Assembly (NCBI GenBank): GCA_963662465.1
Contig: OY759599.1
Coordinates: 7,456,001 to 7,520,000, forward strand
From: Desulfatiglandales bacterium
GTDB taxonomy: Bacteria; Desulfobacterota; DSM-4660; Desulfatiglandales; Desulfatiglandaceae
Reading direction: 5' to 3'
Length of the DNA: 64,000 nt
In this document: one piece after another, positions 9,361 through 22,021 of the stretch
How the letters are laid out: each line of letters starts with the position of its first letter
Position numbering within the stretch: the stretch's first letter is position 1
The notes under the pieces: model-generated
Databases searched by the model: none
Told to the model about the DNA's origin: nothing
Seen by the model: only the letters and a program-made list of their open reading frames with translations
Program-made: the position numbers and the translations under genes

Positions 9361-12300
9361 ATGAAAAAAGGGTTGACGGCGGCGGGGATTTTTCTGGGAC
9401 TGATATTGATGTTGACGCCTGTTTTCGGATTCCAGGCGCCGGAAAAGGGGGCGGAACCGGATATTTCCACAATTGCCGGTGAAGCGCCGGCCAGAGCGCA
9501 GTACTTTGTCAGCAGTGACGGGGATGCGGAGGCAAGACACCCTGCTACGGCAAAATCCAGGATGCCATCAATGCCGCCCCTGACGGATCGGATATTTTGG
9601 TAAAGCAGGGCGCATTCGAAGAATCCATCAGTCTCACAAGCGCCAAGACGGTGGTGGTCAAAGGGGGATATGATTCGGAATACAGCCAACAAACAGCTGC
9701 TACAACCTTCATCCAGGGAGTAGGGCAGACAACCATTCAAGCGACCGGTGGGTCCCTGAAATTTCAAATGTTGAGCATGCTCCCATCGGGGAGCTATAGT
9801 CTGGCCATCAATATCACCGGCAGCGGTCAGGTGCATATTTCCCCTTCGGGCGCCGCGTTTCAACCGGGAACAGTGATAACCCTGACCGCTGAGGCGGATT
9901 TGGGATCGGTGTTCACCGCCTGGGGCGGTGCGTGCAGTGGGACCGAACCGACAACCCAGCTCACCATGAATGGCCACAAGGAGGTGTCCGCAAGCTTTTC
10001 AGCCGCATCCACTGTGCCCCTGAAAAATCAGGCGTTGCTGGGTCCCCTGGCAGGCGCCAATATTCGGGCCTACACACTGGACGATCTTTCCAATCCCATC
10101 GAGGGGCCGTTTCCGGCCAACAATTCGGTGAACATGCAGGCCGCCGGTTCGTTTAACCTGACCCTGGGCGGAATTGCCGATGATGCGTGGGTCCTGGTAT
10201 CCGCCGGCGGGGGCTGGGACATTGACGCCAATGATGACGGGGTGGTGGACACGAACCCGGTCCGCAACCAGGGAACCCTGTATGCCCTGGCTCAGGCAAG
10301 CCAGTGGCGGCAGGGCAATTTGAAGCTAAATGCCCTGACCGACATGGCCTGGCGTTACAGCAAGGCCTGGGTGGGACAGGCGAGCATCGCCGAACTGGAA
10401 AAACGCCTGAATGAAGTGGCGCGGACCTTCTTGGTCAAAAAAATCAGCGGCACGGGTGAGATTGATTACACGGATCTCTTTGCTTTCAACCCCGGGGATG
10501 CCTCGCACCGGGCATGTCTTTCCTTTGACTATGCCGGTTTGCTGGCCTCCGGGGGATATGCGGCCCAGGTGCGTGCCGGCGCCTCCGATACGGATGTGAA
10601 CGCGGCCCTGGGCACGGTGTTCGGTTCTGTTCTGAGCTTTCTGCTGCCTGATAATCTGGAAAGCGAGGTTCAGGTGCGGCTCGCCGGTTTCGGGCGCGGA
10701 AAGGTGGAAAGCAGTGATGGTTTGCTGGTGGTGGACAGTGAAGCGGATGCCTCCGCGCAAAAGACCATGGCCCTCTACGCACGGGATCGGGAAACCCCGG
10801 TGACCTTTACAGCCACGTCGCTTAGCGATACGAAAATCCTGGGCTGGACCGGATGCGATCAGGTGAACGATGACCAGACCCAATGCACGGTGGGGTTGAG
10901 TACCAACCGCCAGGTGCAGATCAATTTCGGATACGACGAGGCGGTCATCGATCCGGAGTTTGTGGACCTCAGCCTGGCAACGGTCACCTGGTCCGGCGAT
11001 ACCCTGACGGTGGTGGTGGATGAACATGACACGGACCTTTTGGCGACAATGGCCGATATTGCTGTGGGCTGGTATGTGGCCGGCATGTCGGACCAAGGGC
11101 CGTTTCTCCTTCAGGTGACCGAGGTTTCGGGACACCAGGACAGAACCTGGACCCTTAAAACCATTCAGGCAAGCCTGGAGGATGTGATTTTGCAGGGGAC
11201 AGGGACGCTTCAGCGAGCACTCACCCACGGAGACCTGGCGGCGGATGCCTATAACCAGCGCATCCGGTCCGCCACCGGGGAGGTTCTGCCGGTGCGGCTG
11301 GTGCCCTCGGAGGATTCCACTGACCGGGTGTTTCGCATTCAGGTGGGGGGTGTGCCGGACCCCGAGGGGGGTAACCGGGTTTCCGGGGATCTGATCCTAG
11401 GGGATGACGATGGAGAAATTAAACTTCACGGCGAAATCGAGGTAACCATCGACCTGGATACGGGGTTAACCTATGGCTTGCTGAAGGGCCTGGAATATTT
11501 CAAATTTGTACCGGAAGTGGGGGTCACGGAAGAAATCAGCGTCACGTGTACCGGAAAAATCAAGGGAGAAAAGAAAAAGAAGATCTATACCATTCCCTTT
11601 GCCGCCATTGTGATCTGGATTCCTTCTGTGCCCCCCGTGCCCATCTGGGTGTCGCCCGCAGTGGATATCTGGCTCGGCATCGAGGGTGGCCTGGAGGCGG
11701 CGGTCAACATGGGGATCTCCTACGAAATGACCTCCCGCGGCGGGGTCCAGTACACTGTGGATGAAGGCTGGGAGCCGGTTTTGGGGTTTGATCGCACGTG
11801 GGATCTGCAGGAACCGCAATTCACTGCTAAAGGCTTTGTGAAGGGGTTTGTTTCAGCGGAACCGGAAATGATGGTGTACAGCCTCTCCGGGCCGGGGCTG
11901 GCCATTGAGCCCTATGTGGAAGGGAGTGTGACCGCGGGCTTTGATCCCGATTGCGTGGCGGCTCTCGACTGGGGGTTGTGGGGCGGCATCACCGGTAAGC
12001 TCCAATGGAAAGGAAATGAGAGCATTCCCATTCTGGGTAAGGCTCTGGAAAAGTTGGATCTGACCTTCGAGTTTTATAACTGGGAGCGCAAAATCCTTGG
12101 GGGAGTCCTGAATGCCTGCGGCAGCGAACCGCCGGCCCTGTTTTTGAACGGTAATGATATCAATGAATATGTTGTCTCCGGCGCCGGTGGAAACCTCCAG
12201 ACCACCTATACCCTGACCAATAAAGGCAATCAGGACATGCCCTGGTCCATTGAAAAGCCGGCTTGGAGTCCGGTTTCGCTATCCTCCTCTGAAGGCACGC

Positions 12301-13499
12301 TCAATCCGGGCGCTTCCACTCAGGTGACCGTGACGGTGAACAGCCCCGGCGGCTTGAGTGTGGGCACTCACACCTACCGGCTGGAATTCAATAATGAATT
12401 CCAGGGCGCCATCGGCCAGTCCGGGCTGGGGTCCGAGGACCGAAATGTGCGGATCACGGTAGTGACCGCTGACTTTCCGGCCCCCACCCTGACTACGGCA
12501 TCGCGCTACACCGAAACCACGGCCAAATTCGAGTGGACCTACCCGGCGGATTCCTATTACCTGCTGGACGGGTTCAACATCTGGTACACCACGGATGCGT
12601 CCATGACAACCGGCTTGGTGAAAGCGGCCACCGTGGACCGGACACAGTACAGCACGACGGTTCAGGGGTTGCCGAAACAGACGGTGTATGTCACCGTGGA
12701 GGCCTTTGGGATGGACCCGGCGGTCCAGACGGCGTTGTCCGTTTACAAAAGCGTCCCCCCCTTGGGAGACACGCCTCCTACCTGGACCAACAGCCTGGGG
12801 ATGACTTTCGTGCTTCTGCCCGCCGGCACGTTCACCATGGGGAGTCCAGCAGACGAACTGGGACGGTTCGACAGAGAAGGACCCCAGCACCAGGTGACGC
12901 TCACGCAGTCCTTCTACATGCAGCAGACCGAAGTCACCCAGGCCCAGTGGGAGGCGGTGATGGGAAGCAATCCGTCATACTTTTCCACTTGTTCCACGTG
13001 TCCGGTGGAGTATGTTTCGTGGAATTACGTGCAGGCGTTTATCACGAAGATGAACGCCCGGGGAGAAGGGAGCTACGGTCTGCCCACGGAAGCCCAGTGG
13101 GAATACGGGGCAAGGGCAGGGAGTACGACCGCTTTTTATAACGGGGCGATTACGGAGTTGTCTTGTGGGTATGATCCCAACTTGAATGCCATTGGGTGGT
13201 ACTGTTATAATGCGGAAAGTAAAACCCATCCGGCGGCGGAAAAGGTTCCGAATGCCTGGGGGCTGTACGACATGAGCGGGAATGTGTGGGAATGGTGTCA
13301 GGACTGGTATGGAAGCTACGGTTCCGCGGCGGTGTCCGATCCTACCGGGCCTGTAAGTGGCTCGGGCCGTGTGATTCGGGGCGGCAGTTGGGACGGCAAC
13401 GCACGGGGCTGTCGGTCGGCCTTTCGCTACGGCGGCTCCCCGGACTACAGGTCCAACTGCATAGGGTTTCGGCTTGTCCTCTCCTCAGGTCAGCAGTAG
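9361..13499 (+). CDS. Large exported modular protein (signal peptide, InlB-B/Ig-like repeats, BACON/Fn3-like domains, C-terminal FGE-sulfatase/CLec domain); frameshift at ~9520-9524
   Basis: RBS GGAGG plus signal-peptide ORF at 9361 continues in the 9597 frame as YFVSSDG/CGGKTPCYGKIQDAINAA; C-terminus has FTMGS, LPTEAQWEY, GLYDMSGNVWEW, RGGSW, GFRL. Confidence 0.85.
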
Positions 13500-13595
13500 G
13501 GTGAGCAGGCGGGCAGGGAGGGCATCCGTACTGGAACGTCATGGAACGGGAGCGAGGGACGAGCGGACGCGGAATGACGTGGAAGTCGGATGCCC
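13359..13595 (+). other. Putative DGR variable region with downstream stem-loop
   Basis: Codons at FGE-type TR Asn positions are all NNY; GGGCATCCG/CGGATGCCC and ACGTCAT/ATGACGT inverted repeats at 13520-13595. Confidence 0.55.
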
Positions 13596-13642
13596 GGATT
13601 GGGGGAAGTCTGTGAACAAAAGGAAGTCGAAGGAAGATAAAC

Positions 13643-13948
13643 GTGAAATTAGAATGGGATGAGAAAAAGCGCCAAATCAATTTGCGAAAACATGGGATTG
13701 ATTTCAGAGAGGCCCATGAGATTTTCGGAAATCCCCTGCTATCCAAAATCGACAAACGGTATTATAATGAAGAGCGCTGGATTGCACTGGGCATGACACA
13801 TCGATGCGTTGTTTTGGTTGTGTTTACCGAACATGATGAAGAAACAATCCGCATCATATCGATTCGAAAGGCGACAAGGCGGGAGAGGAAAACCTATGAA
13901 AAATATCTCTCAAACAGATTGGGAAAGAGTCCATCGGCTCTCGGATGA
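13643..13948 (+). CDS. brnT: BrnT family toxin
   Basis: EWDEKK..NLRKHGIDF, EERWIALG, IRIISIRKA. Confidence 0.9.
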   Translation: MKLEWDEKKRQINLRKHGIDFREAHEIFGNPLLSKIDKRYYNEERWIALGMTHRCVVLVVFTEHDEETIRIISIRKATRRERKTYEKYLSNRLGKSPSALG

Positions 13949-14117
13949 AGATATCGATTTTTCTGATATTCCAGAAACGACCGAGGGTTATTGGCACGAT
14001 GCTGAATGGTTCATCCCACCCAAGAAGGACAGCTTGGTCAATGTGTTGCGAAGGTATCAACTCAAATCAACGGATATCAAAATGGTCGTTCGGTTGGTGG
14101 AAAGGCTTGCCGGTTGA
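13896..14117 (+). CDS. BrnA-like antitoxin with atypical C-terminus
   Basis: SQTDWER..DEDIDFSDIPE N-terminus, overlaps the brnT 3' end. Confidence 0.7.
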   Translation: MKNISQTDWERVHRLSDEDIDFSDIPETTEGYWHDAEWFIPPKKDSLVNVLRRYQLKSTDIKMVVRLVERLAG

Positions 14118-14170
14118 TCATGGAAGCCGCAGCCGTTTACCATGAAAATACATCGCGGGGGCCTGCTGTG

Positions 14171-14237
14171 AGTAGAGACAAGGCATGCCTTGTCTCTACT
14201 TCAGCCTCGACCGTCGCGGCGGGATGCCGCTCTCACA
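14171..14237. repeat. REP-like palindromes
   Basis: Perfect 30-bp palindrome AGTAGAGACAAGGCATGCCTTGTCTCTACT (GTAG foot) plus a second REP-like hairpin at 14214-14237. Confidence 0.7.
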
Positions 14238-14297
14238 GGGGAGTTTCATGCTTGGAAACGAGATGTATTCGGATCTCGGGTGTAAAGGGGTTTGAAG

Positions 14298-14361
14298 GAA
14301 ATTGTCCGGACGCCGTATCCTAATCCTGTTCATCGTGTTTAATCCTGTGAATCGTGTTCAA
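14298..14361 (-). repeat. Right arm of ~64-bp imperfect inverted repeat (partner 9023-9086)
   Basis: Reverse complement TTGAACACGATTCACAGGATTAAACACGATGAACAGGATTA... Confidence 0.75.
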
Positions 14362-14442
14362 AACGGGAAGGATGCCAACAATGACGGATACCCCGTACAC
14401 ATGGTGTTGACAACCCACCCAAAATACGTTTAAATACTTCCC

Positions 14443-15408
14443 ATGGCCGAACATGACAACAGTTACAAGCTTCTTTTTTCCCATAAGGAAATGGTGCGGG
14501 ACCTGCTTCTGGGGTTTGTGAAGGAGGAGTGGGTTCAGGGGCTGGATACGGAAAGCCTTGAACGGGTGAATGGATCGTATGTGAGCGATAATATCCGGGA
14601 TCGGCATGATGATATCGTCTGGCGGGTGAAATGGGGCAGGGAGTGGCTCTATGTGTATATTGTGATTGAATTTCAATCCACCATCGACATATACATGCCG
14701 CTTCGCGTACTGGTGTATGTGGGGCTTTTGTACCAGGATCTGATCCGGGAAAAGAAGTTGAGTCCTTCAGGCAAACTGCCGCCCGTATTGCCGGTGGTAT
14801 TGTACAACGGAAAGCCCCGGTGGAATGGGCCTGTTGAAATGTCGGATTTGATAGAATTCGTGCCCGGAGGTCTTTCCCGATATTGTCCCCGATTCACCTT
14901 CCTGCTGCTGGATGAAGGGGCATATGCCGATGAAACCCTGAAGCCGCTCAAAAATGTGGTGTCGGCCCTGTTTCGGCTTGAAAACAGCCGGGACCCGGAA
15001 GTGATCATGGAGATTGTGTCTTCGCTTTTGAAGTGGCTGTCCGTCCCGGAGCAGGCAAGTTTGAGACGGGCTTTTACGGTTTGGTTTAACCGGGTGTTTT
15101 TTGCCTCGCGGCGACGGGCGAATATAAAAGAGTCGCCTGAATTGCAGGAGCTTACGGAGGTACACGCAATGCTGGCGGAAACAGTTGCGGAATGGAAAGA
15201 AGAATGGAAACGGGAGGGCCTGAAAGAAGGCCGAGAGGAAGGCCGGAAACAGTGGGGCGTCAGTATCCTTTTGAAGCAGCTGGAGTTCAAATTTGGAACG
15301 CTGAATCTGAAAGATCGTAAAAGAGTTGAATCAGCGGACAGCGAGACGCTCCTGAAATGGAGCGAAAAGGTTTTAACCGCCGGGAGCGTGGCTGAAATTT
15401 TTGGATAG
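14443..15408 (+). CDS. Rpn/YhgA-like PD-(D/E)XK nuclease with C-terminal DUF4351-like tail
   Basis: HDNSYKLLFS, DDIVWRV, IEFQST, LPPVLPVVLYNG, EGLKEGREEG tail. Confidence 0.9.
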   Translation: MAEHDNSYKLLFSHKEMVRDLLLGFVKEEWVQGLDTESLERVNGSYVSDNIRDRHDDIVWRVKWGREWLYVYIVIEFQSTIDIYMPLRVLVYVGLLYQDLIREKKLSPSGKLPPVLPVVLYNGKPRWNGPVEMSDLIEFVPGGLSRYCPRFTFLLLDEGAYADETLKPLKNVVSALFRLENSRDPEVIMEIVSSLLKWLSVPEQASLRRAFTVWFNRVFFASRRRANIKESPELQELTEVHAMLAETVAEWKEEWKREGLKEGREEGRKQWGVSILLKQLEFKFGTLNLKDRKRVESADSETLLKWSEKVLTAGSVAEIFG

Positions 15409-15575
15409 AATGTGAAATTAGCCTGCTCCTTTTCTGGATTGCAGTCAAACTCATCCTCTCGGAAAAAGAGAATGACGGAGAAGTCTCTGGTTGTGACCAT
15501 TTTCTTTCCGCCGTAAAGACCATTGTGATTGCTGATCTGGTATTGTAAAGGTTTCATAGATAGCCTGGCTCACAT

Positions 15576-15636
15576 AAAAAAAGCGCCGTTTGCTCCCATG
15601 CAAAAAGACCATGGGAGGAAACGGCGCTATTTTTTT
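15576..15636. terminator. Bidirectional terminator downstream of ppdK
   Basis: AGCGCCGTTT-CTCCCATG..CATGGGAG-AAACGGCGCT hairpin flanked by A/T runs. Confidence 0.7.
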
Positions 15637-15651
15637 CAATGTGCGGGTCTG

Positions 15652-18446
<2,795 letters not shown>

Positions 18447-18447
<1 letters not shown>

Positions 18448-18629
18448 TACGACCCCCTTTCTTGATCTTTTTTTCTGATATGTTCAAATAGGTAGGAAAA
18501 AGCCAGTAGGGCAGCGCCCAGCCCGGCCACTTTAATGAAGGCCGCATCCTGAAAGAAAAGCCGGGAAACGATAATGGCGAACACTGCCGCGAGAACGACG
18601 CGAAAAAGGAATACATAAAATCGGTTCAT
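18447..18629 (-). CDS. Small membrane protein
   Basis: Two hydrophobic segments; stop overlaps ppdK start; RBS upstream. Confidence 0.65.
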
Positions 18630-18650
18630 AAATCTGTTAATCGCCTCCTT

Positions 18651-18974
18651 TCAGGGTTTTTTAAAGGGAATGACGGTAGCCTGCTTGTGAGGCGCCTTCT
18701 GTTTATGATCCTCGACAGGTTGTTTTTTTACCACTTCCAGCGCAACCCGTTTGACCGCCTCCAATCTCATGGGTTTTCCGCCCATGGTAAACTCCTCTCC
18801 TTCGATGTAGGCGCCTTTGAGTATCCAGGTGACGGTTTGGGTGGGAATGGTGAGCAGCAACAGGGTGATATGGTACCAGTCTTTTTTGAAATCCGGTTTG
18901 ATATCTTCCACACGTGCAAAAGCAGTTGGATTGTTCTCATGATAAATTAGAACGACATCGCCTTCTATGGCCAT
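18651..18974 (-). CDS. Hypothetical protein
   Basis: 107-aa ORF in tight operon with ppdK. Confidence 0.7.
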   Translation of the reverse strand: MAIEGDVVLIYHENNPTAFARVEDIKPDFKKDWYHITLLLLTIPTQTVTWILKGAYIEGEEFTMGGKPMRLEAVKRVALEVVKKQPVEDHKQKAPHKQATVIPFKKP

Positions 18975-18984
18975 TTAGGGCCCC

Positions 18985-19326
18985 CTATTCGGCGCTGTCA
19001 AGCGCAGCGCCTGGATTGGTTCTCAATTTTTCCACTTTGGCGTCAAAACTACTGCCCAAGTCGACCCCCATCTGCCGGGCGCGCTTTTTGGCGTGCAGGC
19101 CTATATTCCGACTGTCCTTCATAAAGCCGGCGCTTTGTTTGGCTGATGGATCGTAGCTTTCAATCCGATCCTTTTCCGATTGCTGGTAGACGACGCAGGA
19201 CAATAGCCGCTTCAACCGGGTATCACCGCAATCGGGACAAACCAGAAATGTTTCTTCTTCCGTTTTCATGACGAGACATTGAAACTGGCGCAGGCAGTTT
19301 TGACATTCGTATTCGTAGATGGGCAT
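18985..19326 (-). CDS. FmdB family zinc-ribbon regulatory protein
   Basis: MPIYEYECxxC...CPxCG. Confidence 0.9.
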   Translation of the reverse strand: MPIYEYECQNCLRQFQCLVMKTEEETFLVCPDCGDTRLKRLLSCVVYQQSEKDRIESYDPSAKQSAGFMKDSRNIGLHAKKRARQMGVDLGSSFDAKVEKLRTNPGAALDSAE

Positions 19327-19338
19327 GATTATTCATTA

Positions 19339-19565
19339 TAAGTTTTAAGTTTTAAGTTTCAAGTTTTAGCATATCAAAAAAAGTGCGTTTGCTCAATGCA
19401 ATTTAATCAATGCGCATCCATTCCCGTTCTTTCTTGACCGGCGTGGGTCATAACCCTATACTCCTCCTAAAAAACAGGTTAAACCCTCATGACAAGGGAT
19501 TTGCCACCCCCGTGCATGAAAATGACATCTACCGCTTTCAAGCTAACAGCTAACAGCTAACTGCT
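19339..19565. repeat. Heptamer tandem arrays (AAGTTTT)n at 19339-19369 and (AGCTAAC)n at 19541-19565 flanking a divergent promoter region
   Basis: 3-4 tandem copies each, read directly. Confidence 0.7.
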
Positions 19566-19608
19566 GCATTTTCATGGTAAAGTGAGATTTTATAAGCGAG
19601 AACTGAGA

Positions 19609-21984
19609 ATGGATGAAAATGTTGTGGAACAAAATGAATACGTCCGATCATTGATGAGTGTCGGCTATGAAGATACGGCCCTTGTTGGGGGTAAGAGTGC
19701 CTCTCTGGGTGAAATGCTGCGGGGCCTTTCGGAGGCCGGGGTGCGCGTGCCTGATGGGTTTTCCACAACGGTTGCGGCGTATCGATGTTTTATTGAGGAA
19801 AATGGCCTGGATGAAAAGATCGCATCTTTGCTTCGGCAATACCAGGCGAAACAATTGACGCTGAGACAGGCCGGAAAGGGTATTCGGGAATCAATTCTCG
19901 AAAAGCGCCTGCCTGAAAAAGTGAAGGAATCGATCAAAAATGCGTACCGGAAGCTATGCGCTCAGTATGATGTGAACCCATTGCCCGTGGCGGTGAGGAG
20001 CAGCGCAACCTCCGAGGATCAGCCGGGCGCCGGCTTTGCGGGTATGCTGGATACCCATTTGAATGTGCGGGGCGAAACCGACCTGGTCTCGGCCTGCCAC
20101 CGCTGTTTTGCATCCCTCTTCACTGACAGGGCCATTCGATATCGGGAGAAAATGGGCATGGATGCCCTTGGGTCTTCCCTCTGCGTGGCCATTCAGCGTA
20201 TGATCCATTCGGACAAGGCTGGGGTCATGTTTAGCATCGACAAGGAAACGGGGTTTCCCGACATGGTCATGATGACGGCTTCCTGGGGGCTTGGGGAGAG
20301 CGATGTGGCCGGTGAGACCATTCCCGATGAATACCGCGTTTACAAACTTTTCCTGGGAGGGCAGGGCGGCAACCCCATTGTGGAAAAGCATCTTGGCGTT
20401 AAACAGAAGAAATATGTCTTTAAAGCCGGCGGCGGGATTGAGAATACGCCGACAACCGCAGAAGAACGCTACGGTCTGGTACTCAATGATGACGAAATTC
20501 TGACCCTGGGACGATGGGCGGTAATCATCGAGGATTATTACGGCCGGCCCATGGATATGGAATGGGCCGGGGATGGTGATTCAGGCGAACTTTTCATGGT
20601 TCAGGCGAGACCCGTTACGGACAGTTTTAAGCGGGATGCCGGACTTTCTTTCTGCCGCCTGGAAGAGCGTGGCCGTAAAATCCTGACCGGCGTGAGCATC
20701 GGTGAGGGAATTGCCAGGGGAAGGGTATTTCTCGTTCGGAGTTTTGATGAAATTGCTCAGTTGACGGATGACACCATCCTGGTGTCGGAGCAGGCCAACA
20801 CAGCCTGGGTGGGGGATTTGCGGGAAAAGAACGTCAAAGCGCTGGTGACCGATTTTGGGAGTCGAAATTCCCACGCCGCACTCATTTGCAGGGAGCTTGC
20901 CATTCCCGGCGTCGTGGGAACCCGCACTGCCACGGAAGACTTGACCCAGGGTCAGGATGTCACGGTCCAGTCCATTGAAGGGGACCACGGTTTTGTTTAT
21001 GAGGGCGCTGTGGAATACGCTGAAGAAACCTATCATCTGGGGGATGTGCCTTATACTGACCTGAACGTGATGATTAATATCGCCGGCGATGCCGCCGCAT
21101 TCCAATGGTGGCGGTTGCCGTGTCGGGGCATCGGCCTTGTGAGGATGGATTATATCTATCAAAATATCGTTAAGATTCATCCATTGGCGGCGATCCATAA
21201 GGATCAACTGCTCAACCGGAACGAGAAATACCAAATTGAAGCCTTGACGGAAGGACATGGAACCCCGAGAGATTATTTCGTGGATCGGCTGACGGCGTCT
21301 TTGGCGAAGATTGCCGCATCCCGGCTTCCCGATCCGGTGGTGGTGAGGCCCACTAACTTTGAATCCCGGGAATATGCCGAACTGATTGGGGGAGGGCAGT
21401 TTGAAAATGAACCGGATTCGCATGTTCCCGACTTGCGGGGTACACGTCGATACTTGAGTGAACCTTATGCTGAGGCGTTCTCCCTGGAATGCGAGGCGTT
21501 TCGCCGGGTGCGTCAGGTTCACGGGTTTAACAACCTCCATTTGATGATGCCCTACTGTGAACATCCAGCGCAGGCGGAAGCGGTTCTGGGTCTACTGGAA
21601 AGGTCGGGGCTTAAGCGGGGGGATGAAGGGTTTAAGGTTTACCTGTGTTGCGATTATGCTGCTAATTGGACGCTTGCAAGGGATTTTGCACCCTTGTTCG
21701 ATGGATTTTCTCTGGATGTGAGGAAATTGCAGCAGTGGGTGCGGTCGACGGGGACCGGCGCCGGGAATGCGGGAAAAACAATGGAAAGGGCTCTTGAAAA
21801 AATGCGGGATGCCTGTCATGACGCTGGTGGGACGGTTACGGTGCGGGGGCGGTTGATGAGAGATGCATCGGCCCTGGTATTGCTTTTGGTGAAGGTTGGC
21901 GTGGATGCGGTTTCCGTAAATCCCGAGGCCATTCCCAGGGTAATGAAGTGGATTGTGGAAGCTGAGAAACAGATGGGAACATAA
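19609..21984 (+). CDS. PEP synthase (PpsA)-like protein with degenerate C-terminal PEP-binding domain
   Basis: VGGKSASLGEM, VAVRSSATSED, DMEWA, VQARP, phospho-His motif NSHAALICREL; C-terminal catalytic motifs altered. Confidence 0.85.
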   Translation: MDENVVEQNEYVRSLMSVGYEDTALVGGKSASLGEMLRGLSEAGVRVPDGFSTTVAAYRCFIEENGLDEKIASLLRQYQAKQLTLRQAGKGIRESILEKRLPEKVKESIKNAYRKLCAQYDVNPLPVAVRSSATSEDQPGAGFAGMLDTHLNVRGETDLVSACHRCFASLFTDRAIRYREKMGMDALGSSLCVAIQRMIHSDKAGVMFSIDKETGFPDMVMMTASWGLGESDVAGETIPDEYRVYKLFLGGQGGNPIVEKHLGVKQKKYVFKAGGGIENTPTTAEERYGLVLNDDEILTLGRWAVIIEDYYGRPMDMEWAGDGDSGELFMVQARPVTDSFKRDAGLSFCRLEERGRKILTGVSIGEGIARGRVFLVRSFDEIAQLTDDTILVSEQANTAWVGDLREKNVKALVTDFGSRNSHAALICRELAIPGVVGTRTATEDLTQGQDVTVQSIEGDHGFVYEGAVEYAEETYHLGDVPYTDLNVMINIAGDAAAFQWWRLPCRGIGLVRMDYIYQNIVKIHPLAAIHKDQLLNRNEKYQIEALTEGHGTPRDYFVDRLTASLAKIAASRLPDPVVVRPTNFESREYAELIGGGQFENEPDSHVPDLRGTRRYLSEPYAEAFSLECEAFRRVRQVHGFNNLHLMMPYCEHPAQAEAVLGLLERSGLKRGDEGFKVYLCCDYAANWTLARDFAPLFDGFSLDVRKLQQWVRSTGTGAGNAGKTMERALEKMRDACHDAGGTVTVRGRLMRDASALVLLLVKVGVDAVSVNPEAIPRVMKWIVEAEKQMGT

Positions 21985-22021
21985 GGCAGTTTTGAAATGA
22001 ACAACATGATTCATTTTTTTA

